Positions 27,738 to 37,505 of a stretch of 64,000 bases of DNA are shown one piece after another (positions within the stretch are counted from its first letter, which is position 1; every line of letters begins with the position of its first letter). The translations under genes and the position numbers were made by a program. The notes below the pieces were generated by a model that had not been told where the DNA came from, did no database searches, and worked only from the letters and a program-made list of their open reading frames with translations. Source of the stretch: a virus; IMG/VR virus record IMGVR_UViG_3300044712_001084, positions 10,006 through 74,005 of that record, one strand, 5' to 3'.

Positions 27738-28410
27738 CCAACACCTCGTTATACAACTTGCGTATGGCGGTGAATGCGGCTTGCGCTTCTGTCTCTGTTA
27801 TACATAGCGCTTGCGACACCATCCACGGCTTGATGCGTATCGTGGGATTTGCGAACACTGCGTACTGGCGCTGCGTATGAACCAAGAGGATATTCGTCAA
27901 CCGTTCGTCACCCTGACCTAATACCAGGCAATCAAATACCTTTACGTGCACCGGATTAGTCAATCTGCTGCGCACCTCCATCACTCTATCCATAGAGTGC
28001 TGCATAGCCGCCAAATAATGCTCCGGTGTGGGCTCATTAGAGGTGAGAGATTCGCACGCCGCGTCTGACTCGATGGACTTGGTGCCCTGACCTAGTTTGC
28101 GATGCGTCCCATAATAGCGGTGGCGTAACTCGCTAACTCGATTGCGCAAGATTGTCTTCATAACGTTGAGCTTGGGCTCACCGTCATCCATCTTGGCATA
28201 GGTCTTGAGACCTTTGGCCAATTCCTCTAGTAATTCACTGGCAACCTCTTCTGGCTCCATAAGCACATCCACTGGATAATATTGCCAAGCCAGTTTCCAG
28301 ATAAACTTGATCAACTTACTGTAGATCACTTGGTCCTCGCTGGCTTCCTGGCTCAGTCCTGTCTCTATATTACTAAACTTGCGTGTAGACAATTTTTGCA
28401 GGGTATCCAT
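27727..28410 (-). CDS. divergent sigma-factor-like protein (candidate middle sigma)
   Basis: FIWKLAWQY...MEPEEVASELLEEL...KTILRNRVSEL (region-2-like); C-terminal HTH-like VSQALCITE. Confidence 0.55.
   Translation of the reverse strand: MDTLQKLSTRKFSNIETGLSQEASEDQVIYSKLIKFIWKLAWQYYPVDVLMEPEEVASELLEELAKGLKTYAKMDDGEPKLNVMKTILRNRVSELRHRYYGTHRKLGQGTKSIESDAACESLTSNEPTPEHYLAAMQHSMDRVMEVRSRLTNPVHVKVFDCLVLGQGDERLTNILLVHTQRQYAVFANPTIRIKPWMVSQALCITETEAQAAFTAIRKLYNEVLDAH
28363..28382 (-). promoter_or_regulatory. conserved phage promoter-like motif, copy 6 (inside the sigma-like CDS)
   Basis: GCAAGTTTAGTAATATAGAG. Confidence 0.65.
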
Positions 28411-28423
28411 GATAATTCTCCAA

Positions 28424-30751
28424 TTAGTCGTTCACAAAAACGAGTTCGTGTAAAGTGCGCGTATAAGCCACGTATTCAATGTTGCGCTCTTGGCGCTTCT
28501 CCCAATCCTTCTTGGCCATAGGGTGAGGTAACAACTCAGGGTGTAAGATATAAACTCTCTCAGCCTCCAAGCCCTTGGCGCGGTGGATAGATGAAAATAC
28601 CACACCCTCACTCTTGTCGCTGAAAATAGCGTCAATCTTAGCCTCTACCTGACCCACGTTAGTGCAGCCGTCTGCCAGAGCGATGATTGTCTGGATCTTA
28701 TCTTCCAGAGCCTGGGCTTGGGTGTTCTTCTCGGCAGCCACCAGCTTAGCCACTTCCACTTTCTGATACTCGCTAGCTTTTATCACTAGATCGTGGATAT
28801 CCACAGCGCGCATCTTGCGAATAAACGCTACCAGACCTTTACCGATATCGCGCCCACGGATGGTGGCTTTGATGCCTCTGCGAATGAGTTCGAATACAGG
28901 TTCCACGAGTGGGGCATTGGTGCGGCAAATTACCATGTCGCCAACTTTATACTCGTCAATAGCCTTCTCGCCAGAGACGGAGCGAATGATGCCCTCTTCT
29001 GCCCACTCGGCAGCCTCAATCGGAATCTCAGGCCACTTCTGATTACATAGCCGAACCACGCACTTGGGATTGCGGTACGTGATCGATAATGGTAAAGTTT
29101 CGGCGTCCAGCATATGGATCAAGTTGGGAATGGCTTCGGCATCTGCCCCACGGAAGCCGTAAATGCTCTGGTACCGATCACCCACACCGATTAGGATGCC
29201 ACCAGGCTTTACTAACCGGATAGCTAGCTGTCCCATACACTTGTTGGTGTCCTGGAATTCATCGACAAATACCACATCGTACTGCTCACCGCGTAAGTTC
29301 AAAATCACGGGCAACCAGCACATATCGTCAAAGTCGATGATATTGGTAATCTTGGCCGCGTGCTCAATAACGTAAGCCACAGCCTGATAAATAACCTCTT
29401 CGTCACCGTTCAATTCGATGCCGTGATAATCTGCCAGCTGCGATAAATTCTCTGGAGTGGGCTCAACCAGATTTGCCTTGACTAACTCCACGAGAGATTT
29501 GACTGGACCGTATAAATGCTTCTGGGTCGTGCGGTCCAAGACTGGTTCCAATATCATATCTGTCTTGCAAATACCTAGCTCGTCATCCAACTTGATCTCA
29601 GAGCCGTTATCCAGAGCCTTGACAAGAATGCCGAACCCAAGAGAGTGGTACGTGGATACCTTGACGTGTTTGGGAGCCTTCTTGCGATTGGCGATAGCGA
29701 TGCCCTTGTTATACGAGACAAAGACCACGCTGAACTGGGTGGGGATGCGCTCAAGCATTTTCAACCCGGTGGTGGTTTTGCCGGACCCTGCTACTGCCTC
29801 AACCACGAGGGCACGAATATAGCTAGCCGACACCTGAACGGTATCCGTGACCCAATTCCAGATAGCCGTCTGGTATTTACTCGGTGCGAATTCCTTGGGC
29901 TTGGCCGTCTCTGCTGGCTGCGACTCTAGCGCTGGAATAAGAGTGTTGGAAAGTTTACTGGATAATGAGGCTTGATAATCTGGATCTGACTCAAAGGCTG
30001 CGCGCTCTTCCTGAGCCTCACGGTCCGCAAAGCGCTGCTTCATTTCCATCTTTTCGTTGATAGCTTGCTGGCTGGCTAGATCCACCGTGCTGGTCGTGTC
30101 GGTGTCCACATCGTTGAGGTTACGCGTACCGTTGCAGGATGGATAACGCGTGCAACCGTAAAATTGGCTGCCATCGCTGCGCCGCGTACGCATGGCCATA
30201 GGAGCGTTGCACTTTGGGCACGTTGGCGCTACTGGAATGGGCTTGCCTGTTAAGGTCTGGAGAGGCTTGGCCGCCATAGGCTGGGCCGCGTCTTCTATAT
30301 TACGCGTGCCATTGCAGGATGGAAATTTGCGGCAGCCGTAAAATTGGCCACCATCCGATTTGCGCGTGCGCGCTACCATCTCACCGCCACACTTGGGACA
30401 CGTTGGCGTATTGTAAAGGCTCTGGGCTGTCTCTAGTACCTGGTCTATGACCTTGGATAATCGCGTAACCCAGCCCGGTGCGCGTGTGACGTATGCCTGC
30501 TCTTTTTTAGCTAGCGGCTTGCCCTGGTCGTTAGTAAGCCATACACGGATTGAGTTCTCACCCGTATCGGCTGCGTACCCGCTATGATCGATGGAAGAAT
30601 TGATCTGGATTTGATAATCCGGACGAATGTGTAAGGTGTAACGTAATTCACCCTGCACAAAACCCACCATGCGCCAAGACAAGGATTTTGCCGTGGCGAT
30701 GATGATTAGTGTATCTTCAAACTGGGTCTTGGAAAATTTGTCGGTAGACAT
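28424..30751 (-). CDS. UvrD/Rep-like SF1 helicase with two topoisomerase-type C4 zinc ribbons
   Basis: AVAGSGKTT, DEFQD, GDRYQSIYGFRGA, HRAKGLE, YVAYTR; two copies of CPKC...FYGC..(F/Y)PSC. Confidence 0.9.
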   Translation of the reverse strand: MSTDKFSKTQFEDTLIIIATAKSLSWRMVGFVQGELRYTLHIRPDYQIQINSSIDHSGYAADTGENSIRVWLTNDQGKPLAKKEQAYVTRAPGWVTRLSKVIDQVLETAQSLYNTPTCPKCGGEMVARTRKSDGGQFYGCRKFPSCNGTRNIEDAAQPMAAKPLQTLTGKPIPVAPTCPKCNAPMAMRTRRSDGSQFYGCTRYPSCNGTRNLNDVDTDTTSTVDLASQQAINEKMEMKQRFADREAQEERAAFESDPDYQASLSSKLSNTLIPALESQPAETAKPKEFAPSKYQTAIWNWVTDTVQVSASYIRALVVEAVAGSGKTTTGLKMLERIPTQFSVVFVSYNKGIAIANRKKAPKHVKVSTYHSLGFGILVKALDNGSEIKLDDELGICKTDMILEPVLDRTTQKHLYGPVKSLVELVKANLVEPTPENLSQLADYHGIELNGDEEVIYQAVAYVIEHAAKITNIIDFDDMCWLPVILNLRGEQYDVVFVDEFQDTNKCMGQLAIRLVKPGGILIGVGDRYQSIYGFRGADAEAIPNLIHMLDAETLPLSITYRNPKCVVRLCNQKWPEIPIEAAEWAEEGIIRSVSGEKAIDEYKVGDMVICRTNAPLVEPVFELIRRGIKATIRGRDIGKGLVAFIRKMRAVDIHDLVIKASEYQKVEVAKLVAAEKNTQAQALEDKIQTIIALADGCTNVGQVEAKIDAIFSDKSEGVVFSSIHRAKGLEAERVYILHPELLPHPMAKKDWEKRQERNIEYVAYTRTLHELVFVND

Positions 30752-30823
30752 AGATGCCCTCTGTATAACCTCTGCCAAGGTTGGAAATGGACTGACCCGG
30801 CTGGCTAGCGCCAACCTACTAAC

Positions 30824-30852
30824 ATTATAACCGTTATCCTAATAAAAGTAAA
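30824..30852 (-). promoter_or_regulatory. sigma70-type early promoter
   Basis: TTTACT-17 bp-TATAAT. Confidence 0.75.
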
Positions 30853-30886
30853 GTGGTTCATTATGGTAAATTCCAAGTTATTTCAG

Positions 30887-30959
30887 CACCCTCGGTGGGA
30901 TTCGAACCCACAACCGTCAGCTTAGAAGGCTGCTGCTCTATCCGTTGAGCTACAAGGGC
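30887..30959 (-). tRNA. tRNA-Arg(TCT)
   Basis: cloverleaf GCCCTTG..GCTC/GAGC..CT-TCT-AA..GTGGG-TTCGAAT-CCCAC..CGAGGGT; no encoded CCA. Confidence 0.9.
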
Positions 30960-30961
30960 AA

Positions 30962-30983
30962 AGCCCTCTCTTGCGAGAGGGCT
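30962..30983 (-). terminator. GCAA-loop hairpin immediately 5' of tRNA-Arg
   Basis: AGCCCTCTC-GCAA-GAGAGGGCT followed by TT. Confidence 0.5.
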
Positions 30984-30988
30984 GGCTA

Positions 30989-31291
30989 TTACTCTTTGAA
31001 CGCTATATAACCGATAATCGAGGTGCCTATGTTGGACAACGCTTGGGCCGCTTGATAATCGCCATAGAGCCTGTCCAAGTAAGCGCTTACGTAATCGCGC
31101 ACCATCCTTTCTATCCAATTTTTGGGTGGAGCAGCCATAACCAGCGCTTTCAATACATCTGCCATACGTGCATAATCTGCGGCATACTGTAAAAGGTCTT
31201 GCTGGAATAACGTGGATTTGATAGGCTTGGCACGATATAAAATCCACAGCGCTAGATACACTCCCAAGGGCAGACTCAATAACTGCGGCAT
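30989..31291 (-). CDS. hypothetical protein
   Basis: 100 aa; GGAGG SD. Confidence 0.65.
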   Translation of the reverse strand: MPQLLSLPLGVYLALWILYRAKPIKSTLFQQDLLQYAADYARMADVLKALVMAAPPKNWIERMVRDYVSAYLDRLYGDYQAAQALSNIGTSIIGYIAFKE

Positions 31292-31309
31292 AAGACCTCC
31301 ATGATAATC

Positions 31310-31831
31310 TTAGCTAGACGGTGACACCAGGACCCAAGGCTGTTCGTCTAACAATACGGCTGGAAATAGCAGAACCAGGCAATTGCGTGATAGACTGGCC
31401 ATCCAGGTCAGCACCTGGCCACCGTTCAATCCCACAGCCGTCTTGATGGTTTCTGGAACAGCTGCCGCGCTGACCGTTTGCCAGCCGTTCGTTTTGAGAT
31501 AGTTCACGAATTGCTCAGCGTTGGTGAAGTTGATCAAGTTGCCAGTCATGCGATAATTATACACGGCTTGCTGGGATGGGTTCACGCCCACAAATCCGAA
31601 CCCGGACTCCATCCCCCAGCCAAAGATATACTTACCACCCTGCTCCATGATAATCGTACCTGCTCTGGACTCCAGAGCCTGTCGAATGCCGAACTGCACG
31701 GTACCCGGCTGGATGCCCACGACATCGCCAGCAATGGGCTGCGGAGGCTGATAGCCAGCCATAACAGCCAGAGCCATAACCACAGTAACCAGAAGAGCGA
31801 TAAAACCCATGATATACTTCATATCAACCAT
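31310..31831 (-). CDS. membrane-anchored or secreted hypothetical protein
   Basis: N-terminal hydrophobic helix; AAAGGA SD. Confidence 0.65.
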   Translation of the reverse strand: MVDMKYIMGFIALLVTVVMALAVMAGYQPPQPIAGDVVGIQPGTVQFGIRQALESRAGTIIMEQGGKYIFGWGMESGFGFVGVNPSQQAVYNYRMTGNLINFTNAEQFVNYLKTNGWQTVSAAAVPETIKTAVGLNGGQVLTWMASLSRNCLVLLFPAVLLDEQPWVLVSPSS

Positions 31832-31878
31832 CCATCCTTTCTGCTAATATAGTGGACCGTCACCATGACAATCCTGAA

Positions 31879-31950
31879 TGGGCCCAGATGGACTCGAACC
31901 ATCAACCAAACGATTATGAGACGCGTGCTCCGCCATTGAGCTATGGGCCC
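31879..31950 (-). tRNA. tRNA with CAT anticodon (Ile2 or Met), weak anticodon stem
   Basis: GGGCCCA/TGGGCCC acceptor, GCTC/GAGC D-stem, CT-CAT-AA loop, GATGG-TTCGAGT-CCATC T-arm. Confidence 0.8.
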
Positions 31951-31973
31951 AGCATTACCAGTAAACTTTACCG

Positions 31974-32561
31974 CTAAACTTTAGGTACCGTTATACCACG
32001 CTGACCCTGGTATTTACCTTTCTTGTCTGCGTATGACTTGAGGCATACCTGGTCTGCTTCAAAAAATAACACCTGCGCGATGCCCTCGTTAGCGTATATC
32101 TTGGCCGGGAGTGGAGTTGTATTGCTAATCTCTATAGTGACGTGCCCTTGCCACTCCGGCTCAAATGCCGTGATATTGGCCACGATGCCGCACCTGGCGT
32201 AGGTGGATTTGCCGAGACATATTGTCAATACGCCACGAGGAATGCGGAAGTACTCCACGCTGCGCGCTAGAGCGAAAGAGTTTGGCGGTACGATCACGTA
32301 CCCATCATTGGCGCAGACTTCCTCTACAAACTTGATGTCAAAGTTCTTTGGATCTATGATCCCAGGCCAGATGTTGGAGAAGATTTTGAATTCCTCGGCA
32401 ACCCGCATATCGTACCCATACGATGACACGCCATAGCTGACGACCTTGGATGCGTGACGATACGGTGTAGCCTCTAAATGACTGACCTGGTCTGCTGAGA
32501 ACGGCTCTATCATGCCGCGTTCGGCTTGGTCAATAATCCATGCATCATTTTTCAATCCCAT
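31974..32561 (-). CDS. dcd: dCTP deaminase
   Basis: [35 protein letters not shown]. Confidence 0.95.
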   Translation of the reverse strand: MGLKNDAWIIDQAERGMIEPFSADQVSHLEATPYRHASKVVSYGVSSYGYDMRVAEEFKIFSNIWPGIIDPKNFDIKFVEEVCANDGYVIVPPNSFALARSVEYFRIPRGVLTICLGKSTYARCGIVANITAFEPEWQGHVTIEISNTTPLPAKIYANEGIAQVLFFEADQVCLKSYADKKGKYQGQRGITVPKV

Positions 32562-32613
32562 CGGTAATTCTCCGAGTTTGCTAGAGAGTAATAAGTTGGT
32601 TATATTTACCAGC

Positions 32614-32631
32614 CTAGTATAATAAACTTGC
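32614..32631 (-). promoter_or_regulatory. conserved phage promoter-like motif, copy 7
   Basis: GCAAGTTTATTATACTAG upstream of dcd, overlapping a terminator stem. Confidence 0.65.
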
Positions 32632-32660
32632 GCACCCATCGATTTGACTGGGTGCGCAAG
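32627..32660 (-). terminator. terminator after the VWA gene
   Basis: 12-bp stem CTTGCGCACCCA / TGGGTGCGCAAG then TTT. Confidence 0.7.
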
Positions 32661-32680
32661 AGGTCTTGGAAAGTATTGGA

Positions 32681-34000
32681 TTACATGCTGGAAGTGATAA
32701 ACTCGCTAATGATCTGGCGCAGTAAACCAGGCAGCGTGTCTCGATTAGCAGGATATTGAACGCACCGCTTCGGAAGCGTTCCATCGCTCCATTCATTCTC
32801 ACGCATGAAGTTCAGCATGACCGTCTGGAGATTGCCATTACGTCTCTCCTGTATCTCATCAGCCTTGCGGATATCGCTGGGATGCTCCAAAACAGCGTCT
32901 GTGAGCACAATATCTAGCCGTGCGCAACCCGGCTCACTTTCTTCCTTCTCCCAGCGCTCAATCTGCTCAAACAATGGATAGATCCATGTATCTTCACCGC
33001 TGAAAATCGAGTTACCGCTGCCCAGATAACGTGGGTGGAATTCACTGAACTCTGCCAGAGCCAATCCGTTCTCGGCATCCTTCTCTGGGTCATAATATGG
33101 GCTCAGTCGTAAGCGCTCTGCGCGTTTACCAATCTCACTATCCTCGGAGCCTTGATTCAACCCGAACTTGAAGAATGCTACATAAAGATCGTTGGGATGC
33201 TCTGCGTGGAGTTGCTTGAGAGTCAAACCCATATCACGGAAGGCAATGGCCGCGTCCATATGAACACCGTTGTAATACATCGAGTTCGTGCAATCCAGTG
33301 TAAGCGTGATCTGCAACTTGACGCCACCTGGTCTGCGTACTTCCTCGCTGAAACCATAGCCAGTCGTGTAGCCGTCTACCACGTCATCCAGATAATCGCC
33401 AGCATCCCTGCCACTCAACTCAAAGACATCGAACGCAGTGGCAAAATCGCTAGCGATAGCGCCAGTCACCAATTCCACATTCTTGTTGACCGTGTCGGCT
33501 GCCTCTCGATTGAGCTTGGCCACCTCTGCCTCTCTGGCTTTGCGCTCTTTCTCCCAGCGCTGATTATATTCCTCGTCACGCTTGCGCTGAACCTGCTCCA
33601 GCACCAACTTCTTATTGATATAGCCCTTTACCAGGTGCGTGTAGAACTCCACCCAAATCCCATCTTTACGAGGTGACTTGGCTTTTATCATTCTGCGCGC
33701 ACGGCTGTCGCTAGCCTGGACATACATCAGCCAGCGCTCTGGCTCGTACTGGTCTGGGTCATAAACGTTAGCGATATCCTCCAAATTGAACCGCATCGTG
33801 GAATGCTTCAAAAGATAGTAGCACTGGTCATCGCTCAGGCTCATTAGCCAGCTATCCGCTAACCCGCTAGCCGTGTAATTGCTCTCGAACCATTCCCAAG
33901 CGCTCTTGCTGGAACCGCGTCCCTCGTCATCGTAACTGTAGCTAGAGCCGCCACCGTAGCCACCGCGTCCTGATCTGTAACGAACATCACCGTTTGGCAT
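32681..34000 (-). CDS. von Willebrand A domain protein (MoxR partner)
   Basis: MIDAS-like [15 protein letters not shown]; directly downstream of the AAA+ gene. Confidence 0.7.
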   Translation of the reverse strand: MPNGDVRYRSGRGGYGGGSSYSYDDEGRGSSKSAWEWFESNYTASGLADSWLMSLSDDQCYYLLKHSTMRFNLEDIANVYDPDQYEPERWLMYVQASDSRARRMIKAKSPRKDGIWVEFYTHLVKGYINKKLVLEQVQRKRDEEYNQRWEKERKAREAEVAKLNREAADTVNKNVELVTGAIASDFATAFDVFELSGRDAGDYLDDVVDGYTTGYGFSEEVRRPGGVKLQITLTLDCTNSMYYNGVHMDAAIAFRDMGLTLKQLHAEHPNDLYVAFFKFGLNQGSEDSEIGKRAERLRLSPYYDPEKDAENGLALAEFSEFHPRYLGSGNSIFSGEDTWIYPLFEQIERWEKEESEPGCARLDIVLTDAVLEHPSDIRKADEIQERRNGNLQTVMLNFMRENEWSDGTLPKRCVQYPANRDTLPGLLRQIISEFITSSM

Positions 34001-34014
34001 CGTTTTATCCCTCG

Positions 34015-35235
34015 TTAGTTATTGCGAACAAATTGGCGTAGCACGTCTTCCGCAGCGCGTGCCTCAACCTGGCTGTCGATGGAGCCAATGACAGCCTTGC
34101 GCAAAGCCTTTACCACGTCTTCCTCGATACCGTTATTGATCAGCGTGATGGCATCGATCAATCTGCGCGTGGTGATCTGATAGCGGAAACGCCCACGCTC
34201 ATAGGCATCCCACATCGCCTGACCGAACTTGACAATCGTATTGGCCCAGTGACCATCGTTGGCGATGGATGCGCCCTCTGGCAAACCGTGAGCCTCCAGG
34301 ATGCGCCGCAAACCCTGCTCATTCGGGAATGGGACCTGAATGGAAAAGAAGCGGTCCTTGAACGACTGCGGAAGAGGCTTGGTACCGATCAAGCCTGGGT
34401 TATAAGAAATGATCAAGCGAAAGTCTGGATGAACTGGGTATGCCTTGCCGTTGATAGAGACGGTATAAGGCTCTGCCATTTGCGTGTTCATGTACATAAT
34501 GGCGTCAGGCTCAGCCGCGTTGATCTCAGTCGCCAGTACCCACCATCCGTTGACGGCTGCTGCTGCGTACTCGGCAACCTCGAAAAATGATGTACCGTTG
34601 ACAATCTGGGATGACCCAGAGAGGTCTTTGCGCCGCAACCCGGCATCGCCACCCACGACCACGAGAGGCTTGCCGAGGGCTGACGCTAACTGGATAATGG
34701 CCGTGTCTTTGCCGACACCTGGAGGGCCAGCCAGCGCTATGTGCTTGCCCAGCATGAGCATGCGTTCCATAATGGGGTACCAGTCGGGCTGACGGAAATA
34801 ATCCTTGAAGTCCGGGATTGGCGGCATCTGCGGCCATACCATCTTGGCCTCAAGATTGTCATCCGAGGATGCTTGGCGTCCATTTACGAGTGCCTGGAGT
34901 AATTGCGACAAATCTGACGTATTGAGAGTGGGCTGCGAGTCATCGCTAACGATAACCTTGGATTTGCTGCGACTGTCGGTGGAAATAGGTTGCGGTGCTC
35001 GTACGATTGGAGAGTGGTACGCTACGGTCTGGCTATTGGCGTCCCAATTTTTGACGATTGAGACGTTGTCCGTCATCTTCATAAGCCACTGAAACATATA
35101 ACCCCACTGCTTCTGGCCACCTACCTCTGCGAGTTGGGTATTGGATAACGGCTGGCCATTCGCTGCCTCGAATGCCTCGAAAATATTATCAATCGGGCTG
35201 CCCTTCTTGATCCTGAGTAAATACTGTTCTTTCAT
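34015..35235 (-). CDS. MoxR/CbbQ-type AAA+ ATPase
   Basis: GPPGVGKD, ATEINAA, HPDFRLIISYNP, FKDRF, ITTRRL. Confidence 0.88.
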   Translation of the reverse strand: MKEQYLLRIKKGSPIDNIFEAFEAANGQPLSNTQLAEVGGQKQWGYMFQWLMKMTDNVSIVKNWDANSQTVAYHSPIVRAPQPISTDSRSKSKVIVSDDSQPTLNTSDLSQLLQALVNGRQASSDDNLEAKMVWPQMPPIPDFKDYFRQPDWYPIMERMLMLGKHIALAGPPGVGKDTAIIQLASALGKPLVVVGGDAGLRRKDLSGSSQIVNGTSFFEVAEYAAAAVNGWWVLATEINAAEPDAIMYMNTQMAEPYTVSINGKAYPVHPDFRLIISYNPGLIGTKPLPQSFKDRFFSIQVPFPNEQGLRRILEAHGLPEGASIANDGHWANTIVKFGQAMWDAYERGRFRYQITTRRLIDAITLINNGIEEDVVKALRKAVIGSIDSQVEARAAEDVLRQFVRNN

Positions 35236-35285
35236 TGCCTTGTCCTCTGGTACGGCTTGGATTTGACGTAATTAGCCGTGATTAG

Positions 35286-35314
35286 ATTATAGCTGGACCT
35301 ATGCAAAAAGTAAA
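35286..35314 (-). promoter_or_regulatory. sigma70-type early promoter
   Basis: TTTACT-17 bp-TATAAT; shares CCACTTTACTTTT with the 30824-30852 promoter. Confidence 0.75.
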
Positions 35315-35326
35315 GTGGGATTTTGC

Positions 35327-36232
35327 TCAAAATCCAAGACTATACATGATTTGAGTCTTGGAGTTGTAGGGAACTTCTGTAAATACGCTATCAGGCTCAG
35401 CCGGGTCACCCTTCTGAAATTTCCATAGCGTGACACGCTTCCCATTGCGATGTAGAGCCTGGGCCAGATGTTGTATAGAGGTCCACGCGTCTGGCTCAAC
35501 CGTAATGATAAAGTGCTCCACAGCGCTAGCTATCAAGCGCTCCAACTTTTCTGGCGGTGCCTCTTTTCCTACCAACGCCAGAGCATTCTCCCCAACCGCC
35601 ATGGCGCTGAAGCAACCCTCGCATATCACGACCTCGTTATACAATTCCAACGCTTCGCTATTGAATAGGTGACACTTGGACTCTGCCTTAGGATTGAGGT
35701 ACTTAGGCTCTAGCCAACTATATATGGATCTACCCTGCCAATACTCATCCTCCACCGGAATTATCAAACGACCTTCCACACTCGGTGCGTATCCTAGTTG
35801 ATAGCGTTCGGCATGCCGTCTGGTAAATCCTCTGCGTTTGAGATAGCGCATAAACGGTTTACTAGATACATCGCCTGACCGCAATACACAAAAGTCATCA
35901 GGCAATCCACGCATCTTGGGCTTTGCGTCATGGACTTCGCTAGTCAACCGCGTCACCTGGCTAGCAAAATCTTTAGCCTTGGGAACTACGTATAATTCAG
36001 CCAGCGCGTGTACATAATCGAGTCCAGAGGTGTCAATGACAAAACCTATCCACGTGGACTTGTAACCGCATCTGAAGCAATGCACTACGTGACGCTCAAG
36101 GCTCACGTATAGATGCTGCTTAGAATCACCTCCGCTGCAATAAGGGCAATCTATACGATAATCTGTTGTAGGATTGCCATAAGGCAATATAGGTGTGAAA
36201 TTGCGCTCTATATAGCCCTCTATGCTAAGCAT
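35327..36232 (-). CDS. DNA primase (Zn finger + TOPRIM)
   Basis: CPYC...HCFRC; RLIIP, WQGR, ICEGCFSA, EPD. Confidence 0.85.
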   Translation of the reverse strand: MLSIEGYIERNFTPILPYGNPTTDYRIDCPYCSGGDSKQHLYVSLERHVVHCFRCGYKSTWIGFVIDTSGLDYVHALAELYVVPKAKDFASQVTRLTSEVHDAKPKMRGLPDDFCVLRSGDVSSKPFMRYLKRRGFTRRHAERYQLGYAPSVEGRLIIPVEDEYWQGRSIYSWLEPKYLNPKAESKCHLFNSEALELYNEVVICEGCFSAMAVGENALALVGKEAPPEKLERLIASAVEHFIITVEPDAWTSIQHLAQALHRNGKRVTLWKFQKGDPAEPDSVFTEVPYNSKTQIMYSLGF

Positions 36233-37505
36233 CCTGCTCCTTGGACTTCATCTTACCGAACCCGGTGGTGATCAAAGCCATACTATCACCGTAATATTTG
36301 CAGTTGATCAAATTCAACTTGCGGCTGGAGTCACGTATCTTGGCCAAATATAATCTAGCCTGGTCTGCCTGTTCCTCGTCATAGGTCTGACATAACGCCA
36401 CGATCACGTCCGCAATATTAGCTTTACCGATATCCTCTGCGATATCTGCCATAGTGATAATCTCTTTAGCCAACGCTTCGCGTCTTGCCTGGCTAGCCGT
36501 CCATACTGGGCATAGATATTCTTCGCTGATGGCGCGTAATTCCTCGTAGTTGGCGCTCAGTTCAAAACGTCTGTCTGTGTAACGTCTGCTGGGTATTAGC
36601 AAATCCGCATAGTCATCGATTATCAATCCAGGGTCAAAGCCTTCGCTGCGCAAACGATCTAAGTGCTGGCGCATTTCCAAGAAAGTCATCTTATACGCAC
36701 CACCAATTACTCGGATTTTACCTGGAACAGTACGCCTGGCAGCCTCCATCAAGCTGTCCTCATACTCTGGCAAGTTGCCTTCTTTGGATGGGAAGCGAAA
36801 CACCATCCTGGCTGCGTAGCGTTTACATACCTGCGACACTTTCATCTCATGGGTAAAGTGCACGACATTCTTGCCAGAGCCCAACCCGGCTGCGCCATAG
36901 CCTATGCTAATCAGCGCCAGAGATTTGCCACGATTAGGAGGAGCCATGATAACACCTAGCTCAGGCACGCCCAACCCACCGTCCAGCACCATATCCAAAT
37001 GATGTAATCCAGTACGCACTTTATCTGCCCAATACTCGTACAACCATTTGTCAACGTCTCTAATTGGATCTATACCAGGTGACATAATCGAGTCACCCAC
37101 AGAGACGGCTTCTTTCATGCGATCAACTAGCTGATCCACGTCTCCAGCGTTGATTTCATCGACACTCTCGATGACCGCTAGCTTGACTGCCTGCAGCCTG
37201 GCAAAATCTCTGGCTTTACTCTCTGCCAATGACAATTCACCAGTCTCATAAATATCATATATCTTGTACACCAATTCGGCATACTTTACAGAGGCTAGCG
37301 CAATTACATCGTCCGGATCATTAGGCAAGCGATTATAGGATGCCTTGTAATCCAAGATAGCCTTGGCCACGGCTTCTTCATCCTCTTGCTCAAAATATTC
37401 TGGCTTGATTAGAGCCGTACCGTATCTGGACATCCACACGCCATCCAGCATCAACGCTAACAACTTCAATCTAAATGGCCGTTCGAACTCGTAAGTTGTA
37501 CTCAT
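36225..37505 (-). CDS. dnaB: DnaB-like replicative helicase
   Basis: APPNRGKS, HEM, IIDDYAD, WTASQ, KIRD. Confidence 0.88.
   Translation of the reverse strand: MSTTYEFERPFRLKLLALMLDGVWMSRYGTALIKPEYFEQEDEEAVAKAILDYKASYNRLPNDPDDVIALASVKYAELVYKIYDIYETGELSLAESKARDFARLQAVKLAVIESVDEINAGDVDQLVDRMKEAVSVGDSIMSPGIDPIRDVDKWLYEYWADKVRTGLHHLDMVLDGGLGVPELGVIMAPPNRGKSLALISIGYGAAGLGSGKNVVHFTHEMKVSQVCKRYAARMVFRFPSKEGNLPEYEDSLMEAARRTVPGKIRVIGGAYKMTFLEMRQHLDRLRSEGFDPGLIIDDYADLLIPSRRYTDRRFELSANYEELRAISEEYLCPVWTASQARREALAKEIITMADIAEDIGKANIADVIVALCQTYDEEQADQARLYLAKIRDSSRKLNLINCKYYGDSMALITTGFGKMKSKEQDA

Noticed and set aside
30118-30408. Repeat pair as a DGR template/variable region
   Set aside because: Both copies are in-frame Zn-ribbon domains, differences are not adenine-specific, and there is no reverse transcriptase in the window.
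30861-31247. 128-aa minus-strand ORF
   Set aside because: Overlaps tRNA-Arg and a better-supported ORF with a GGAGG SD.
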